From: Armatimonadota bacterium
GTDB taxonomy: Bacteria > Sysuimicrobiota > Sysuimicrobiia > Sysuimicrobiales > Kaftiobacteriaceae
DNA length: 64,000 nucleotides
Direction of reading: 5' to 3'
Assembly (NCBI GenBank): GCA_037440005.1
Contig: JBBIUY010000010.1
Location: forward strand, 20,475-84,474
The position numbers and the translations under genes were made by a program. Under the pieces are notes generated by a model. The model was given only the letters and a program-made list of their open reading frames with translations, was not told where the DNA came from and did no database searches. Of the stretch, positions 19,545 to 30,257 are shown piece by piece; the stretch's first letter is position 1, and every line of letters begins with the position of its first letter.

Positions 19545-22240
19545 CGCGGTCCTGCCGGGTCCTCCCGCGCCTGGTCCAGCAGGGCGCGGAGAAACTCCGG
19601 GTCGCGGCTGGCCCGTACCAACTCGCCGACCTGGGTCCGGTCCCGCAGCCCGCCCTGGCCGAGGGCCGGGCGGCCGCCCCCGCGGCCGCCGAACCGCTCC
19701 ACCAGCAGCCGGGCCAGCCGCCCCGCGTCCACCGGCGGCGTGACGGCGGTGGTGCGGGTCACGACCACCGCTCCGCTCCGGGAGGAGGCGACCACCACCA
19801 CCCCGGCCGTCCGCTCCCGGTCCAGCCGCGCCCGCAGCCGGTCGGCCTCCGACCGCAGGTCCGCCGGCTCCTCCAGGTCGGTCTCGGCGACCAGGACGGC
19901 CGTGCCGTCCAGCACCACCGCCGGAGGGGGCTCGGCCGCCGCGGCCCGCGCGCGGGCGGCCCGCACCTCCCGCTCCAGCTCCCGCTCCCTCTCCAGCAGC
20001 CGGCCCACCCGGTCTACCAGGTCGTCGGGACCCGCCCGCAGCCGCTCGGCCAGCGCGCGCAGCGTGGCCTCCTGCTGGCGCAGGACCGCCAGCACCCCCC
20101 GGCCGGTGACCGCCTCCACCCGGCGGATGCCGGCGGCGACGCCGGTCTCGGCGGTGATCTTGAACAGGCCCACCTGGCTGGTGCGGGACAGGTGGGTGCC
20201 GCCGCACAGTTCGCGGCTGTAGTCGGCAATGCTGACCACCCGGACCCGGTCGCCGTACTTCTCGCCGAACAGGGCCACGGCGCCCGCGCGCAGGGCGTCC
20301 TCCAGGGCCATCCAGCGCGACCGCACCGGCAGGTCGGCCAGGATCTTCTCGTTGACCCGTTCCTCCACCGCGGCCCGCTGGGCGTCGGTCAGCGGGGCGG
20401 TGTGCACGAAGTCGAACCGCAGACGGTCCGGGGCCACCAGGGAGCCGGCCTGCCGGGCGTGCTCGCCCAGGATCTCCCGCAGGGCCCGGTGCAGCAGGTG
20501 GGTGGCCGTGTGGTTGCGCATGATGTCCCACCGCCGGGGGGCGTCCACGACGGCCCGCACGCTGCGGCCGGCCCGGATCCGCCCCCGGCGCACGCGGCCC
20601 CGGTGCACGATCAGCCCCGGCAGCGGCCGCTGGGTGTCTGCGACGTCCACCTCGCCGTCGCGGCCGATCAGGGCGCCGGTGTCGCCCACCTGGCCGCCGC
20701 CTTCGGGGTAGAAGGGCGTGCGGTCCAGCACCACCTCCACGTCCTCGCCCTCCCCGGCCTCCTCCACCTGCCGGCCCCCGACCAGGACCGCCACCACCCG
20801 GGCCCGGCCGCGCAGGCGGCGGTACCCGACGAACTCGCTAGTGATCCCCGCCTCCGCCACCGACGCGTACTGGCTCTCCTCCGGCCGCGGACCGAACGCC
20901 TGGGCGGCCCGCGCCCGCTCCCGCTGGGCCTCCAGGGCCCGGGCAAAGCCGGCCTCGTCCACGGAAAGCCCGCGCTCCCGGGCCACGTCCCGGGTCATCT
21001 CCAGGGGGAAGCCGAAGGTGTCGTAGAGCCGAAACACCTCCTCCCCGTCCAGGACGCGCCGCCCCCGGGCCAGGGCGGCCGAGAGGAGCTCGTCCAGCTT
21101 CTGCAGTCCCGCCGCCAGCGTCTGGGCAAAGCGCTCCTCCTCCTGGCGGGCGACGGTCTGGATGAAGGCCCGCTGGGAGACCAGCTCGGGATAGCGCTCT
21201 CCCATCAGGTCCACCACCGCGCCGGACAGATCGGCCAGCAGGGGGCGGGTGATGCCGGCCGAGCGGGCGAAGCGCATGGCCCGCCGCATGATCATCCGCA
21301 GCACGTAGCCCCGCCCCTCGTTGCCCGGCACCACCCCGTCGGCCATCAGAAACGCCATGGCCCGCCCGTGGTCCGCCAGGACCCGGTAGGCCACCCGGTG
21401 GGCCTGCCGGCGGGCGTCGTCGTGTCCCACCAGGGCCTGCAGGCGGTCCAGCAGGGGGACGAACAGGTCGGTGCCGTAGTCGTCGTTGACGCCCTGCAGG
21501 ACGGAGGCGATCCGCTCCAGCCCCATGCCCGTGTCCACTCCGGGCCGGGGCAGCGGTACCCGGGTCCCGTCGGGACGCTGCTCGAACTGCATGAAGACCA
21601 GGTTCCACACCTCCAGCCACCGCAGGCACCCGTTGTCCAGCGCCACGCTGCAGTCCGCCCGGCCGCAGGTGCAGTGGTCAGGACCCCAGTCGTAGTGCAG
21701 CTCCGAGGTCGGCCCGCAGGGGCCGACGTCGGCCATCATCCAGAAGTTGGTGGCATCGCCCATGGGCACCACGCGCTCGGGCGGCACCCCCACCGCCGCC
21801 CAGGCCCGGGCGGCCTCCGAGTCGGCGTGGTGGATGGTGACCACCAGGCGGTCGGGGTCCAGCCCGTAGCGGGAGGTCAGCAGGTCCCAGGCGAAGGCCA
21901 CCGCCTCGTCCTTGAAGTAGTCTCCGAAGCTGAAGTTGCCCAGCATGAAAAAGAAGGTGTGGTGGCGGGGGCTGGGACCCACGTTGTCCAGGTCGTTGTG
22001 CTTGCCCTGCACCCGCATGCACTTCTGCAGGGACGCCGCCCGCCGGTAGGATCGCTGCTCCCGGCCCAGGAACACGTCTTTGAACTGGACCATCCCGGCG
22101 TTGGTGAACAGCAACGTGGGGTCGCCGGCGGGCACCAGCGACGAGCTGGGCACGACGGTGTGGCCCCGCTCCCGGAAGTAGTCCAGGAAGGTGTCGGCCA
22201 CGGCCTGCCAGGTCCACCGGCCCTGCGACACCGGCCTCAT
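19541..22240 (-). CDS. alaS: Alanine--tRNA ligase
   Basis: DPTLLFTNAGM, VDTGMGLER, NHTATHLLH, ELCGGTH. Confidence 0.97.
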   Translation of the reverse strand: MRPVSQGRWTWQAVADTFLDYFRERGHTVVPSSSLVPAGDPTLLFTNAGMVQFKDVFLGREQRSYRRAASLQKCMRVQGKHNDLDNVGPSPRHHTFFFMLGNFSFGDYFKDEAVAFAWDLLTSRYGLDPDRLVVTIHHADSEAARAWAAVGVPPERVVPMGDATNFWMMADVGPCGPTSELHYDWGPDHCTCGRADCSVALDNGCLRWLEVWNLVFMQFEQRPDGTRVPLPRPGVDTGMGLERIASVLQGVNDDYGTDLFVPLLDRLQALVGHDDARRQAHRVAYRVLADHGRAMAFLMADGVVPGNEGRGYVLRMIMRRAMRFARSAGITRPLLADLSGAVVDLMGERYPELVSQRAFIQTVARQEEERFAQTLAAGLQKLDELLSAALARGRRVLDGEEVFRLYDTFGFPLEMTRDVARERGLSVDEAGFARALEAQRERARAAQAFGPRPEESQYASVAEAGITSEFVGYRRLRGRARVVAVLVGGRQVEEAGEGEDVEVVLDRTPFYPEGGGQVGDTGALIGRDGEVDVADTQRPLPGLIVHRGRVRRGRIRAGRSVRAVVDAPRRWDIMRNHTATHLLHRALREILGEHARQAGSLVAPDRLRFDFVHTAPLTDAQRAAVEERVNEKILADLPVRSRWMALEDALRAGAVALFGEKYGDRVRVVSIADYSRELCGGTHLSRTSQVGLFKITAETGVAAGIRRVEAVTGRGVLAVLRQQEATLRALAERLRAGPDDLVDRVGRLLERERELEREVRAARARAAAAEPPPAVVLDGTAVLVAETDLEEPADLRSEADRLRARLDRERTAGVVVVASSRSGAVVVTRTTAVTPPVDAGRLARLLVERFGGRGGGRPALGQGGLRDRTQVGELVRASRDPEFLRALLDQAREDPAGPR

Positions 22241-22252
22241 GGCTGCTCCTCC

Positions 22253-22465
22253 AATCACAACGCCTCCCGTCCCCAAGGGACGGGAGGCGCGCTCCCGCGG
22301 TACCACCCTTCTTCCCCGGCCGCGGCGGCCGGAGCCCTCGCACGCCGGTAACGGCGGCGCCGTCCCGCTCGGGGGTGGCGAGGCCCGTCCTCGCGGGTGG
22401 CACGGGTTTGCACCCTTATTTAACAGGGGCGCGGCCGCCCTGTCCAGGCCCTCCCGCCGTCGCGC
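22253..22465 (-). promoter_or_regulatory. T-box leader of alaS; antiterminator and terminator clear, Stem I non-canonical, 5' boundary uncertain
   Basis: AAGGGTGGTACCGCGGGAG...CTCCCGTCCCTT antiterminator; CGCCTCCCGTCCC/GGGACGGGAGGCG terminator; CCGTTA stem IIA/B motif. Confidence 0.8.
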
Positions 22466-22474
22466 GTCGGCGCG

Positions 22475-23752
22475 TCAGCGCCCGGCCCCGGTGGCCTCGG
22501 CCACCAGGGCTTCCACCGCCGCCACCGCCTCCTCCAGGGCGGCCAGGGCCCGGTCCAGCTGCTCGGAGGTGATGACCAGCGGCGGGGCGATGCGGAAGGT
22601 GGAGGGGTTGTTGAGGCTGTAGAACACGATCACCCCCCGCTGCAGCGCCTCGGCGGTCACCAGCAGGACCAGGTCGGGGTCGGCGAACTCCACCCCCACC
22701 AGCAGCCCCCTGCCCCGGACCTGGCGGATCATCCCGGGGTGGCGGGCGGCCATCTCCCGCAGCCGGCCCATCAGGTGCGTCCCCAAAGTGGCGGCCCGGG
22801 AGACCAGGTCCTCCTCCTGCAGCACCTGCAACGTCGCCAGGGCGGCGGCGCAGGCCAGGGGATTGCCCCCGAACGTCGAGGAGTGCAGGTAAGGGTTGCG
22901 CTCCAGGGCGGCCCACAGGGCCGGACGGGCCGTGAACGCGCCGATGGGGATCACGCCCCCGCCCAGGGCCTTGGCCATGGTGAGGATGTCGGGGACGACG
23001 CCCCAGTGCTGGCAGGCGAACATCGCCCCCGTCCGCCCCAGGCCGGTCTGGACCTCGTCCAGGATCAGCAGGGCCCCGGCGCGGTCGCAGATCCGCCGGA
23101 CCTCCGGCAGGTAGTCGTCGGGAGGTACGATCACCCCGTTCTCGCCCTGGATGGGTTCCAGGATGACCGCCGCCGTCCGCTCGGTGACCGCGCGGGCCAG
23201 GGCGTCCAGGTCGCCGTAGGGCACGTGGGTCACCCCCGGCACCAGCGGCTGGAACGGCGCCCGGTACACCTCCCGCCCGGAGACCGACAGGGCGCCCAGG
23301 GTCTTGCCGTGGAACGCCCCCTCGGCGGCCACGAACTCGGTGCGGCCCGTGGCCAGACGCGCCAGCTTCAGAGCGCCCTCGACGGCTTCGGCGCCGCTGT
23401 TGACGAAGAAGCTGTACTGCAGGTCGCCGGGGGTGATGCCGGCCAGCGCCTCGGCCAGGTCGGCCTCCAGCCGCCGGGGCATGGCCCGCACCGACATGGG
23501 CATCCGGTCCAGCTGCTCCCGCACGGCCGCCACCACCTTCGGGTGGCGGTGGCCCACGGCGAACACCGCCGGCCCCCCGGAGCAGTCGATGTACTCCCGT
23601 CCGTAGACGTCCCGGATGACCGCACCGCTGGCCTCCCACTCCAGGGTCAGGACGTTGGCGAACCGGTACAGGCGGGCCAGGCCGGGGTTCACGTAGCGGG
23701 CGTACTTGTCCAGGGTCTGCTGCACCAGGCGCTCGGCCTCGTCAGGGCGCAT
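22475..23752 (-). CDS. Class III PLP aminotransferase (putrescine/ornithine type)
   Basis: [45 protein letters not shown]. Confidence 0.9.
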   Translation of the reverse strand: MRPDEAERLVQQTLDKYARYVNPGLARLYRFANVLTLEWEASGAVIRDVYGREYIDCSGGPAVFAVGHRHPKVVAAVREQLDRMPMSVRAMPRRLEADLAEALAGITPGDLQYSFFVNSGAEAVEGALKLARLATGRTEFVAAEGAFHGKTLGALSVSGREVYRAPFQPLVPGVTHVPYGDLDALARAVTERTAAVILEPIQGENGVIVPPDDYLPEVRRICDRAGALLILDEVQTGLGRTGAMFACQHWGVVPDILTMAKALGGGVIPIGAFTARPALWAALERNPYLHSSTFGGNPLACAAALATLQVLQEEDLVSRAATLGTHLMGRLREMAARHPGMIRQVRGRGLLVGVEFADPDLVLLVTAEALQRGVIVFYSLNNPSTFRIAPPLVITSEQLDRALAALEEAVAAVEALVAEATGAGR

Positions 23753-24215
23753 CGGTCCCTCCCATCAGGTGGTCCCGGGCCCGGCGCACCACCTCCCGGG
23801 TCTCCTTGTAGGTGATGCGGGCCAGGGCCTCGTCGGGGGAGACCCACTCGCAGGCCACGAATCCCTCCTCGGCCTGCGGGCGGGGCTCTTCGTCGCCCAG
23901 GAACTCCAGCAGGAAGTAGCGGACGGTCTTGTCGTAGTACATGCGGTCCGCCCGCCAGTAAAACGAGTACCGCTCCTCGCCCAGGTCGGCCACCACCCGC
24001 ACGCGGGACAGGCCTGTCTCCTCCCGGACCTCCCGCAGGGCCACCTCCTCGGGCGTCTCGCGCTCCTCGATGGTTCCCTTGGGCAGCATCCACCGTCCGC
24101 TGGTGTGGCGCAACAGGAGGATCTCGGGCCGGCCGTCGCGGCGGCGGAACACCACCCCGCCGGCGCTGCGAGCCTGCCGGACCCGCCTGCGCGCGCGACC
24201 CCGCGGTGACCGCAT
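23742..24215 (-). CDS. NUDIX hydrolase (Ap4A hydrolase-like)
   Basis: SAGGVV, LPKG...ALREVREETG. Confidence 0.88.
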   Translation of the reverse strand: MRSPRGRARRRVRQARSAGGVVFRRRDGRPEILLLRHTSGRWMLPKGTIEERETPEEVALREVREETGLSRVRVVADLGEERYSFYWRADRMYYDKTVRYFLLEFLGDEEPRPQAEEGFVACEWVSPDEALARITYKETREVVRRARDHLMGGTDAP

Positions 24216-24246
24216 CGGCATCAGGGGCAAAGACGTCGGACGGCCC

Positions 24247-24699
24247 TCAGCGCGGCCGGCTCAGGACCTCCCGCACCAGGTCCGCCACGGCGGCGCCGTC
24301 GGCCCGCCCCCGCACCTGGGGCATCACCGCCGCCATCACCCGCCCCAGATCCCGCAGGTCCCGGGCGCCGACGCGCTCGACGGCCTCGGCGACGATCCGG
24401 CGCAGCTCCTCGGCGGACAGCGGCGCGGGGACGTAGTCGGCCAGGATGGCCAGCTCCAGCGACTCCTTGCGGGCCAGGTCGTCGCGGCCGGCGCGGGTGT
24501 AGGCCTCGATGGCCTCCCGCCGCCGCCTCATCTCCCGGGTCAGGACCTCGACGACCTCGTCGTCGGACAGGGTCCGGCCTCGCTCGATCTCGGCGTTGTG
24601 GATGGCGGCCCGCGCCAGCCGGAGGGTGGACACCCGCAGGGTATCCCCGGCCCGCATGGCCCGGTGCAGGTCGGCGGTCAGGCGGTCGGAAAGACTCAT
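24247..24699 (-). CDS. GatB/YqeY domain protein
   Basis: DLHRAMRAGD...LGRVMAAVMPQVRGRADG; follows rpsU. Confidence 0.9.
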   Translation of the reverse strand: MSLSDRLTADLHRAMRAGDTLRVSTLRLARAAIHNAEIERGRTLSDDEVVEVLTREMRRRREAIEAYTRAGRDDLARKESLELAILADYVPAPLSAEELRRIVAEAVERVGARDLRDLGRVMAAVMPQVRGRADGAAVADLVREVLSRPR

Positions 24700-24808
24700 G
24701 ACCCTGTCCGGCCGGGGACGCAGAGAGGGGGACGGTCGTCCCCCTCCGCACCCGCCCTGCCCGGATCCGGGCGCCCGAGCCCCCTCATCGGCGGTGTACC
24801 GGACGCCC

Positions 24809-24979
24809 TCACCCCCGCCGGCGCCGGCGCGCCATCTTGCGCCGCCGCTTGGCGCTGGGAGACTCGTAGTGCTCGTGTCTGCGGGCGTCGGTGAGGATTC
24901 CCGAGCGCTTCACCTGGCGCTTGAACCTGCGCAGGGCGCTGTCCAGACTCTCGTCCTTGCCGACGCGAACCTCGGTCAT
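24809..24979 (-). CDS. rpsU: 30S ribosomal protein S21
   Basis: [12 protein letters not shown]...[10 protein letters not shown]. Confidence 0.95.
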   Translation of the reverse strand: MTEVRVGKDESLDSALRRFKRQVKRSGILTDARRHEHYESPSAKRRRKMARRRRRG

Positions 24980-25083
24980 CTCCCCCACCTCCTCCGCGCC
25001 GCCTGCGGCTCCGACCGGGTGGCGTCGGCCTGCGGCGCCCCGGCTCACCGCCGGCCGTACGGCACGCTGCTGAACACTGGGTC

Positions 25084-25113
25084 ATTATACTACGGGCGCG
25101 CGAGCGGCTTCAA
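25084..25113 (-). promoter_or_regulatory. Sigma70-type promoter TTGAAG-N18-TATAAT for rpsU
   Basis: Perfect -10 in an intergenic region. Confidence 0.55.
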
Positions 25114-25166
25114 AGGCAGGCCACAGGCGGAGGAGCGGCGTCCGCGGGGCTCGGTGGGGCGACCGG

Positions 25167-26372
25167 CTAGTCCCACCGGCGGCGGTCCACGATCCGGGCG
25201 TCGTCGGGACCCAGGGTGCCCGGCGGCACCACCTCCACCACCGCGCGCAGCCGCGTGGTCTCGCGGATGCTGTCGGCCACGGCCCGGGGGAGGTCGGCGG
25301 GGGCGCCCTCGGCCTCCACCCGGACGACCAGCTCGTCCTGGTGGTCGCGCCGGGACACCACGGCCTGGTAGCGGCGCACCTGGGGGTGGCGGCGCACGGC
25401 GCTGTCCAGCTCGTGGGGATGGAGGAAGATCCCTCTTACCTTCACCGCCTCCCCCACCCGACCCAGGATCCGCTCCAGGCGGGCCGCCGTGCGGCCGCAC
25501 GGGCACGGCCCCGGCGCCAGCCGCGCCAGATCTCCGGTTCCCAGGCGCAGCAGCGGATACAGGGGCTCCAGGAACGTGACCACCACCTCCCCCGCCTCTC
25601 CGTCGGGGATGGCGGCGCCGGTGGCGGGGTCCACCAGTTCCAGGACCACCCGGTCGGCCACGTGCAATCCGGACCGCTGCTCGCACTCGTAGGCGATCAG
25701 GCCCACGTCGGCGATGGCGTAGCCCTGGCTGATGCGCAAGCCGTACCGGTCCTCCAGGTCCTGCCGCAGCGACTCCGCCAGCGGCTCCCCCGACACGAAG
25801 GCCCGGCGCAGCGGCGACCGGCCGCCCGACTGGCCGAGGTGGCCCAGGACCGCCGCCAGAAAGCCGGGGGTGCCGATGAACCCGACGGCCTGCAGGTCCT
25901 GCAGGGTCCGGACCTGGATGTCCAGGTGCCCGACGCCGGTGGGCACCACCACGCAGCCCAGCGCCTGCAGCGCCCCGTCGAACATCGCCCCCGCCGGAGT
26001 GAGGTGGTAGGAGAAGGTGTTGACCACCACGTCGCCGCGGCGGAATCCCGCGGCGTACAGGGCCGGGGCGAACCCCCAGTAGTCGGGGCGGCGGCCTTCG
26101 GGCTCGTAGATCGGGCCCGGAGAGACGAAGATCCGGCGCACCTGCTCCGGTGCACCCAGCCATCCGCCAAAGGGCGGGGCGGCTGCCTGCCGGGCGGGCA
26201 GGCTCTCCTTGGGCAGCACCGGCAGCCGGGCTAGGTCCGCCAGGGTGACGGCGTCGGGAGAGCACCCGGCCGCCGCCAGCGCCGCCCGTACCGCCGGCGC
26301 CGGACCCGCCGCCTGGCGGAGGATCCGGCGCAGGGCCTGCTCCTGCGCCGCCCGGCGCTGCTCGGGCGACAT
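25167..26372 (-). CDS. Phenylacetate--CoA ligase family protein
   Basis: IFVSPGPIYEPE, YPLLRLGTGDL, GRVGEAVKVRG. Confidence 0.85.
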   Translation of the reverse strand: MSPEQRRAAQEQALRRILRQAAGPAPAVRAALAAAGCSPDAVTLADLARLPVLPKESLPARQAAAPPFGGWLGAPEQVRRIFVSPGPIYEPEGRRPDYWGFAPALYAAGFRRGDVVVNTFSYHLTPAGAMFDGALQALGCVVVPTGVGHLDIQVRTLQDLQAVGFIGTPGFLAAVLGHLGQSGGRSPLRRAFVSGEPLAESLRQDLEDRYGLRISQGYAIADVGLIAYECEQRSGLHVADRVVLELVDPATGAAIPDGEAGEVVVTFLEPLYPLLRLGTGDLARLAPGPCPCGRTAARLERILGRVGEAVKVRGIFLHPHELDSAVRRHPQVRRYQAVVSRRDHQDELVVRVEAEGAPADLPRAVADSIRETTRLRAVVEVVPPGTLGPDDARIVDRRRWD

Positions 26373-26470
26373 CAGTTCGGCGGGGTCGTAGACGTCCGGC
26401 GGAATCGGGCCTCACCCCCCGGCGCGTTCCTCTTCCCCTCCGCCCCCCCGGCTTCCTGTGGAGGAAGGGT

Positions 26471-27274
26471 GTGCAGGCGGCCCGTAAATACACGGCAATG
26501 GGCGGCGGGGAGCCCATCCTCCGGGTTGAGGACCTGCACCTCAGCTTCCGCGGGATCCAGGCGGTGGCCGGGGTGGGGTTCGACCTGGCCCCGGGCGAGA
26601 TCCTGGGCATCATCGGACCCAACGGGGCCGGCAAGACCAGTGTGCTGAACTGCATCAACGGCTTCTACCGCCCCCAGCGGGGGCGGATTCTGTTCCGCGG
26701 CCGCGACATCACCCCCCTGCCTCCCCACGCCCGGGCGGCGCTGGGCATCGGGCGGACGTTCCAGAACATCGCCCTGTACCCGGGGATGACGGTCCTGGAC
26801 AACATCATGACCGGGCGGGCCGTCCGCATGAGCGCCGGCGTCCTGGCCTGCGCCGTGTACGCGGGTCCCGCCCGGCGGGAGCACGTGGCCCACCGGGCGG
26901 TGGTGGAAGAGATCATCGACTTCCTGGAGATCGAGGCGGTGCGCCACCACCCGGTGGCCGACCTGCCCTACGGGATCCAGAAGAAGGTGGAGCTGGGCCG
27001 GGCCCTGGCCCTGGACCCCCAGGTCCTGATCCTGGACGAGCCCATGGCCGGCATGAGCCTGGACGAGAAGGTGGACATCGCCCGCTACCTGCTGGAGCTG
27101 AAGGAGGTCCGGGGCCTGCCCATCGTCCTCATCGAGCACGACATGGGCGTGGTCATGGACCTGTGCGACCGGGTGATGGTGATGGACTACGGGCGCGTGA
27201 TCGCCGCCGGCCGGCCCGCCGACGTGCAGCGGCACCCGGACGTGATCCGGGCCTACCTGGGGGAGGCGTCGTGA
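26471..27274 (+). CDS. Liv-type ABC transporter ATP-binding protein (LivG-like)
   Basis: GPNGAGKTS, RTFQN, LDEPMAG, IEHDM, VIRAYLG. Confidence 0.92.
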   Translation: MQAARKYTAMGGGEPILRVEDLHLSFRGIQAVAGVGFDLAPGEILGIIGPNGAGKTSVLNCINGFYRPQRGRILFRGRDITPLPPHARAALGIGRTFQNIALYPGMTVLDNIMTGRAVRMSAGVLACAVYAGPARREHVAHRAVVEEIIDFLEIEAVRHHPVADLPYGIQKKVELGRALALDPQVLILDEPMAGMSLDEKVDIARYLLELKEVRGLPIVLIEHDMGVVMDLCDRVMVMDYGRVIAAGRPADVQRHPDVIRAYLGEAS

Positions 27275-29238
27275 GCGCGGCCCGGGTGGTGGAGCGGCCG
27301 CAGCCGCCGGCGGTGGAGTTCCCCCTGGACCCGGCTGCCGACACCTTCCCCAAGCTGCTGCGCCGCAACGCCGGCCGGTTCGGCGACCGGACGGCCTTCC
27401 GGGAGAAAGACCGCGGCATCTGGCGGACCATCTCCTGGCGGGCCTACCACGACAACGCCCGCGCCTTCGGCCTGGGGCTGCGGGCCCTGGGTTTTTGCCG
27501 GGGCGACGTCCTGGCCCTGATCGGGGACAACCGGCCCGAACTGTTCTTCGCCGCCCTGGGCGCCCAGAGCGTGGGGGGCATCACCTACGGCCTGTACCAG
27601 GACAGCCTGGCGGACCAGCTGGCCCAGCTGCTGGCCTTCGCCGACGCCCGCTACGTCTTCTGCGAGGACCAGGAGCAGACCGACAAACTCCTGGCCGTGG
27701 ACGCCCAGCTGCCGGGGATCGAGCGCATCATCGTGGAGGACTGGCGGGGCATGTGGCGGTACCGCCACCCCAAGCTGATCAGCTTCGCCGAGGTGCAGGA
27801 ACGGGGCCGGCAGCTGCACGCCCGCCAGCCGGACCTGTTCGACCGGGAGGTGGACGCGGGCCGGGCCGACGACGTGGCCATCTTCTGCCAGACCTCGGGG
27901 ACCACCGCCCTGCCCAAGCTGGCCATGCTCACGTACCGCAACCTCATCGCCCAGGGGATGAACTTCCACGCGGTGGAGCCCCACATCCGGGAGAGCGACG
28001 AGTTCGTGTCCTACCTGCCCTTCGCCTGGATCGGCGAGCAGATGATCTCCACCACCCTGCACCAGCTGGTGGGGTTCACCGTCAACTTCCCCGAGGAACC
28101 CGAGACCGCCCAGCGGGACTTCCGGGAGATCGCGCCCCACTTCACCTTCGCCCCGGCGCGGATCTACGAGGGGCTGCACACGGCCATTGCGGTGCGCATG
28201 CTGGACGCCGGGTGGCTGCGCCGCCGCATTTACGACTGGGCCCTGGCCCTGGGCGTGCGGGCGGTGCAGTTGCGGTCCCGCGGGCAGCCGGTCCCCGGGT
28301 GGATGCGGGCCCTGCGGGTCCCGGTCCGCTGGCTGGTGTACCGGCCCCTGCTGGACAAGATCGGGTTTTCCCGGATGCGGGTGGCGTGGAACGGCGGGTC
28401 GCCCCTGGGGCCGGACTACTTCGCCTTCTTCCACGCCCTGGGGGTCAACCTGAAGCAGATCTACGGACAGACCGAGATCGCCGGCATCTCCTGCGTCCAC
28501 CGGGACGGGCAGGTGCGGTTCTGGACCATGGGCTCTCCCATCGCCCACACCGAGGTGCGGGTGACGCCCGAGGGGGAGATCGTCAGCCGCAGCCCCAGCG
28601 TCTTCGTGGGCTACTACAAGAACCCCGAGGCCACCGCCCGGGCCCTGCGGGACGGGTGGCTGTACTCGGGCGACTACGGCACCCTGGACCCCAGCGGCGA
28701 CGTGATCATGTTCGACCGCATGGCGGACGTGATCACCCTGGCCGACGGCTCCCGGGTGAGCCCGTGGGTCATCGAGGCCATGCTCAAGTTCACCCCCTAC
28801 ATCCAGGAGGCGATGGTGGTCTGCGGCCCCGACGGGGCCACCCTGTCGGCCATCGTGACCATCGAGATGCGCAGCGTGGGCAAGTGGGCCGAGGACCGGG
28901 GCATCGCCTACACCTCCTACGCGGACCTGTCCCAAAAGCCCCAGGTCCTGGACCTGCTGGAGGGCATCGTGCGGGACGTCAACGCCCGGCTGCGCCCCGA
29001 GTGGCGGGTGCGGCGGTTCGTCTCCCTGTACAAGGAGTTTCACCCCGACGACGACGAGCTCACCCGCACCCGCAAGCTGCGCCGCCGGTTCATCGCCGAG
29101 CGCTACCGGGACCTGATCGCGGCCCTGGGCGAGGGCCGGCCCGCCTTTGATGCCACCCTGCTGGTCCGCTACGAGGACGGGACCACCCGGCAGGTGGCCA
29201 CCACTCTGCAGATCCGCGAGGTCCGGGACGCACCGTGA
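27271..29238 (+). CDS. Long-chain fatty acid--CoA ligase (AMP-binding)
   Basis: TSGTTALPK, YGQTE, SGDYG, ELTRTRKLRR. Confidence 0.9.
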   Translation: MSAARVVERPQPPAVEFPLDPAADTFPKLLRRNAGRFGDRTAFREKDRGIWRTISWRAYHDNARAFGLGLRALGFCRGDVLALIGDNRPELFFAALGAQSVGGITYGLYQDSLADQLAQLLAFADARYVFCEDQEQTDKLLAVDAQLPGIERIIVEDWRGMWRYRHPKLISFAEVQERGRQLHARQPDLFDREVDAGRADDVAIFCQTSGTTALPKLAMLTYRNLIAQGMNFHAVEPHIRESDEFVSYLPFAWIGEQMISTTLHQLVGFTVNFPEEPETAQRDFREIAPHFTFAPARIYEGLHTAIAVRMLDAGWLRRRIYDWALALGVRAVQLRSRGQPVPGWMRALRVPVRWLVYRPLLDKIGFSRMRVAWNGGSPLGPDYFAFFHALGVNLKQIYGQTEIAGISCVHRDGQVRFWTMGSPIAHTEVRVTPEGEIVSRSPSVFVGYYKNPEATARALRDGWLYSGDYGTLDPSGDVIMFDRMADVITLADGSRVSPWVIEAMLKFTPYIQEAMVVCGPDGATLSAIVTIEMRSVGKWAEDRGIAYTSYADLSQKPQVLDLLEGIVRDVNARLRPEWRVRRFVSLYKEFHPDDDELTRTRKLRRRFIAERYRDLIAALGEGRPAFDATLLVRYEDGTTRQVATTLQIREVRDAP

Positions 29239-30116
29239 CCGAGTTCGTGGCCAGCGGCCTGCTGAACGGGGTGGCGGTGGGCAGCATCTACGCCCTCATC
29301 GCCCTGGGGTTCGCCCTGCTGTACAAGTCCACCAAGATCCTCAACCTGGCCCACGGCGAGCTGGTCCTGTTCGGCGGCTACCTGGCCATCGCCCTCACCC
29401 AGGTCCTCCCGTTTCCCCTGGCGGTGGCGGCGACGCTGCTGGCCGCGGCGGCGCTGGGGTTCGCCGTGGAGCGGGCCATCATGCGGCCGCTGTTCGGCCA
29501 GCCGCTGCTGTCGGTGGTGATCGTCACCCTGGCCCTGGGCTACATCGTGCGCGGGGCGATGGTGGGGATCTGGGGCGGCAGCACCCGGAACTTCCCCCCG
29601 GTCCTGCCCGCGGGCGTGGTGCGGGTGCTGGGGATTCCCCTGCAGACCGTGGGGGTCTACAGCGCCGCCACCGCCGCGGTGCTGCTGGCGGCGTTCGGGC
29701 TGTTCTTCCGGTACACCCTGGCGGGCATCTCCATGCGGGCGGCGGCCAACGAGCAACTGACCGCCAGCACCCTGGGCGTGAGCCTGCGGCGGGTCTTCGC
29801 CTACGCCTGGGCGTTCGCCGCCCTCTCCGCCGCCGTGGGGGGCGTGCTGCTGGGGCTGTGGCTGGGGGTGAACTTCGCCCTGGCCCACGTGGGCCTCAAA
29901 GCCCTGGCGGCGGTCATCCTGGGCGGGCTGGACAGCATCCCGGGAGCCATCGTGGGCGGGCTGGCCATCGGGGTCCTGGAGACGGTGGTGGGCGGCTACA
30001 TCGACGCCCACGTGATCTATGGCTTTAAGGACATCACGCCCTTCGTGGTCATCCTGCTGGTGCTGCTGGTGCGGCCCTACGGGCTGTTCGGGACGGAGCA
30101 CATTGAGCGGCTCTAG
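29235..30116 (+). CDS. Liv-type ABC permease (LivH-like)
   Basis: GSIYALIALGF, NLAHGE, ILGGLDSIPGA, RPYGLFG. Confidence 0.92.
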   Translation: MTEFVASGLLNGVAVGSIYALIALGFALLYKSTKILNLAHGELVLFGGYLAIALTQVLPFPLAVAATLLAAAALGFAVERAIMRPLFGQPLLSVVIVTLALGYIVRGAMVGIWGGSTRNFPPVLPAGVVRVLGIPLQTVGVYSAATAAVLLAAFGLFFRYTLAGISMRAAANEQLTASTLGVSLRRVFAYAWAFAALSAAVGGVLLGLWLGVNFALAHVGLKALAAVILGGLDSIPGAIVGGLAIGVLETVVGGYIDAHVIYGFKDITPFVVILLVLLVRPYGLFGTEHIERL

Positions 30117-30257
30117 TTTGGACCGACGGGACCGGGCACATGCGGGGGCGCGTGACCACCTCCCGCCGGTCGCGGTCCGCCGCCCGCGGCCGCGCGGGCC
30201 GCGGTGTGCGGCCGCGATCCCGCGTTCCCGCGATGCCGCACTGCCGGAGGCGTCCCG

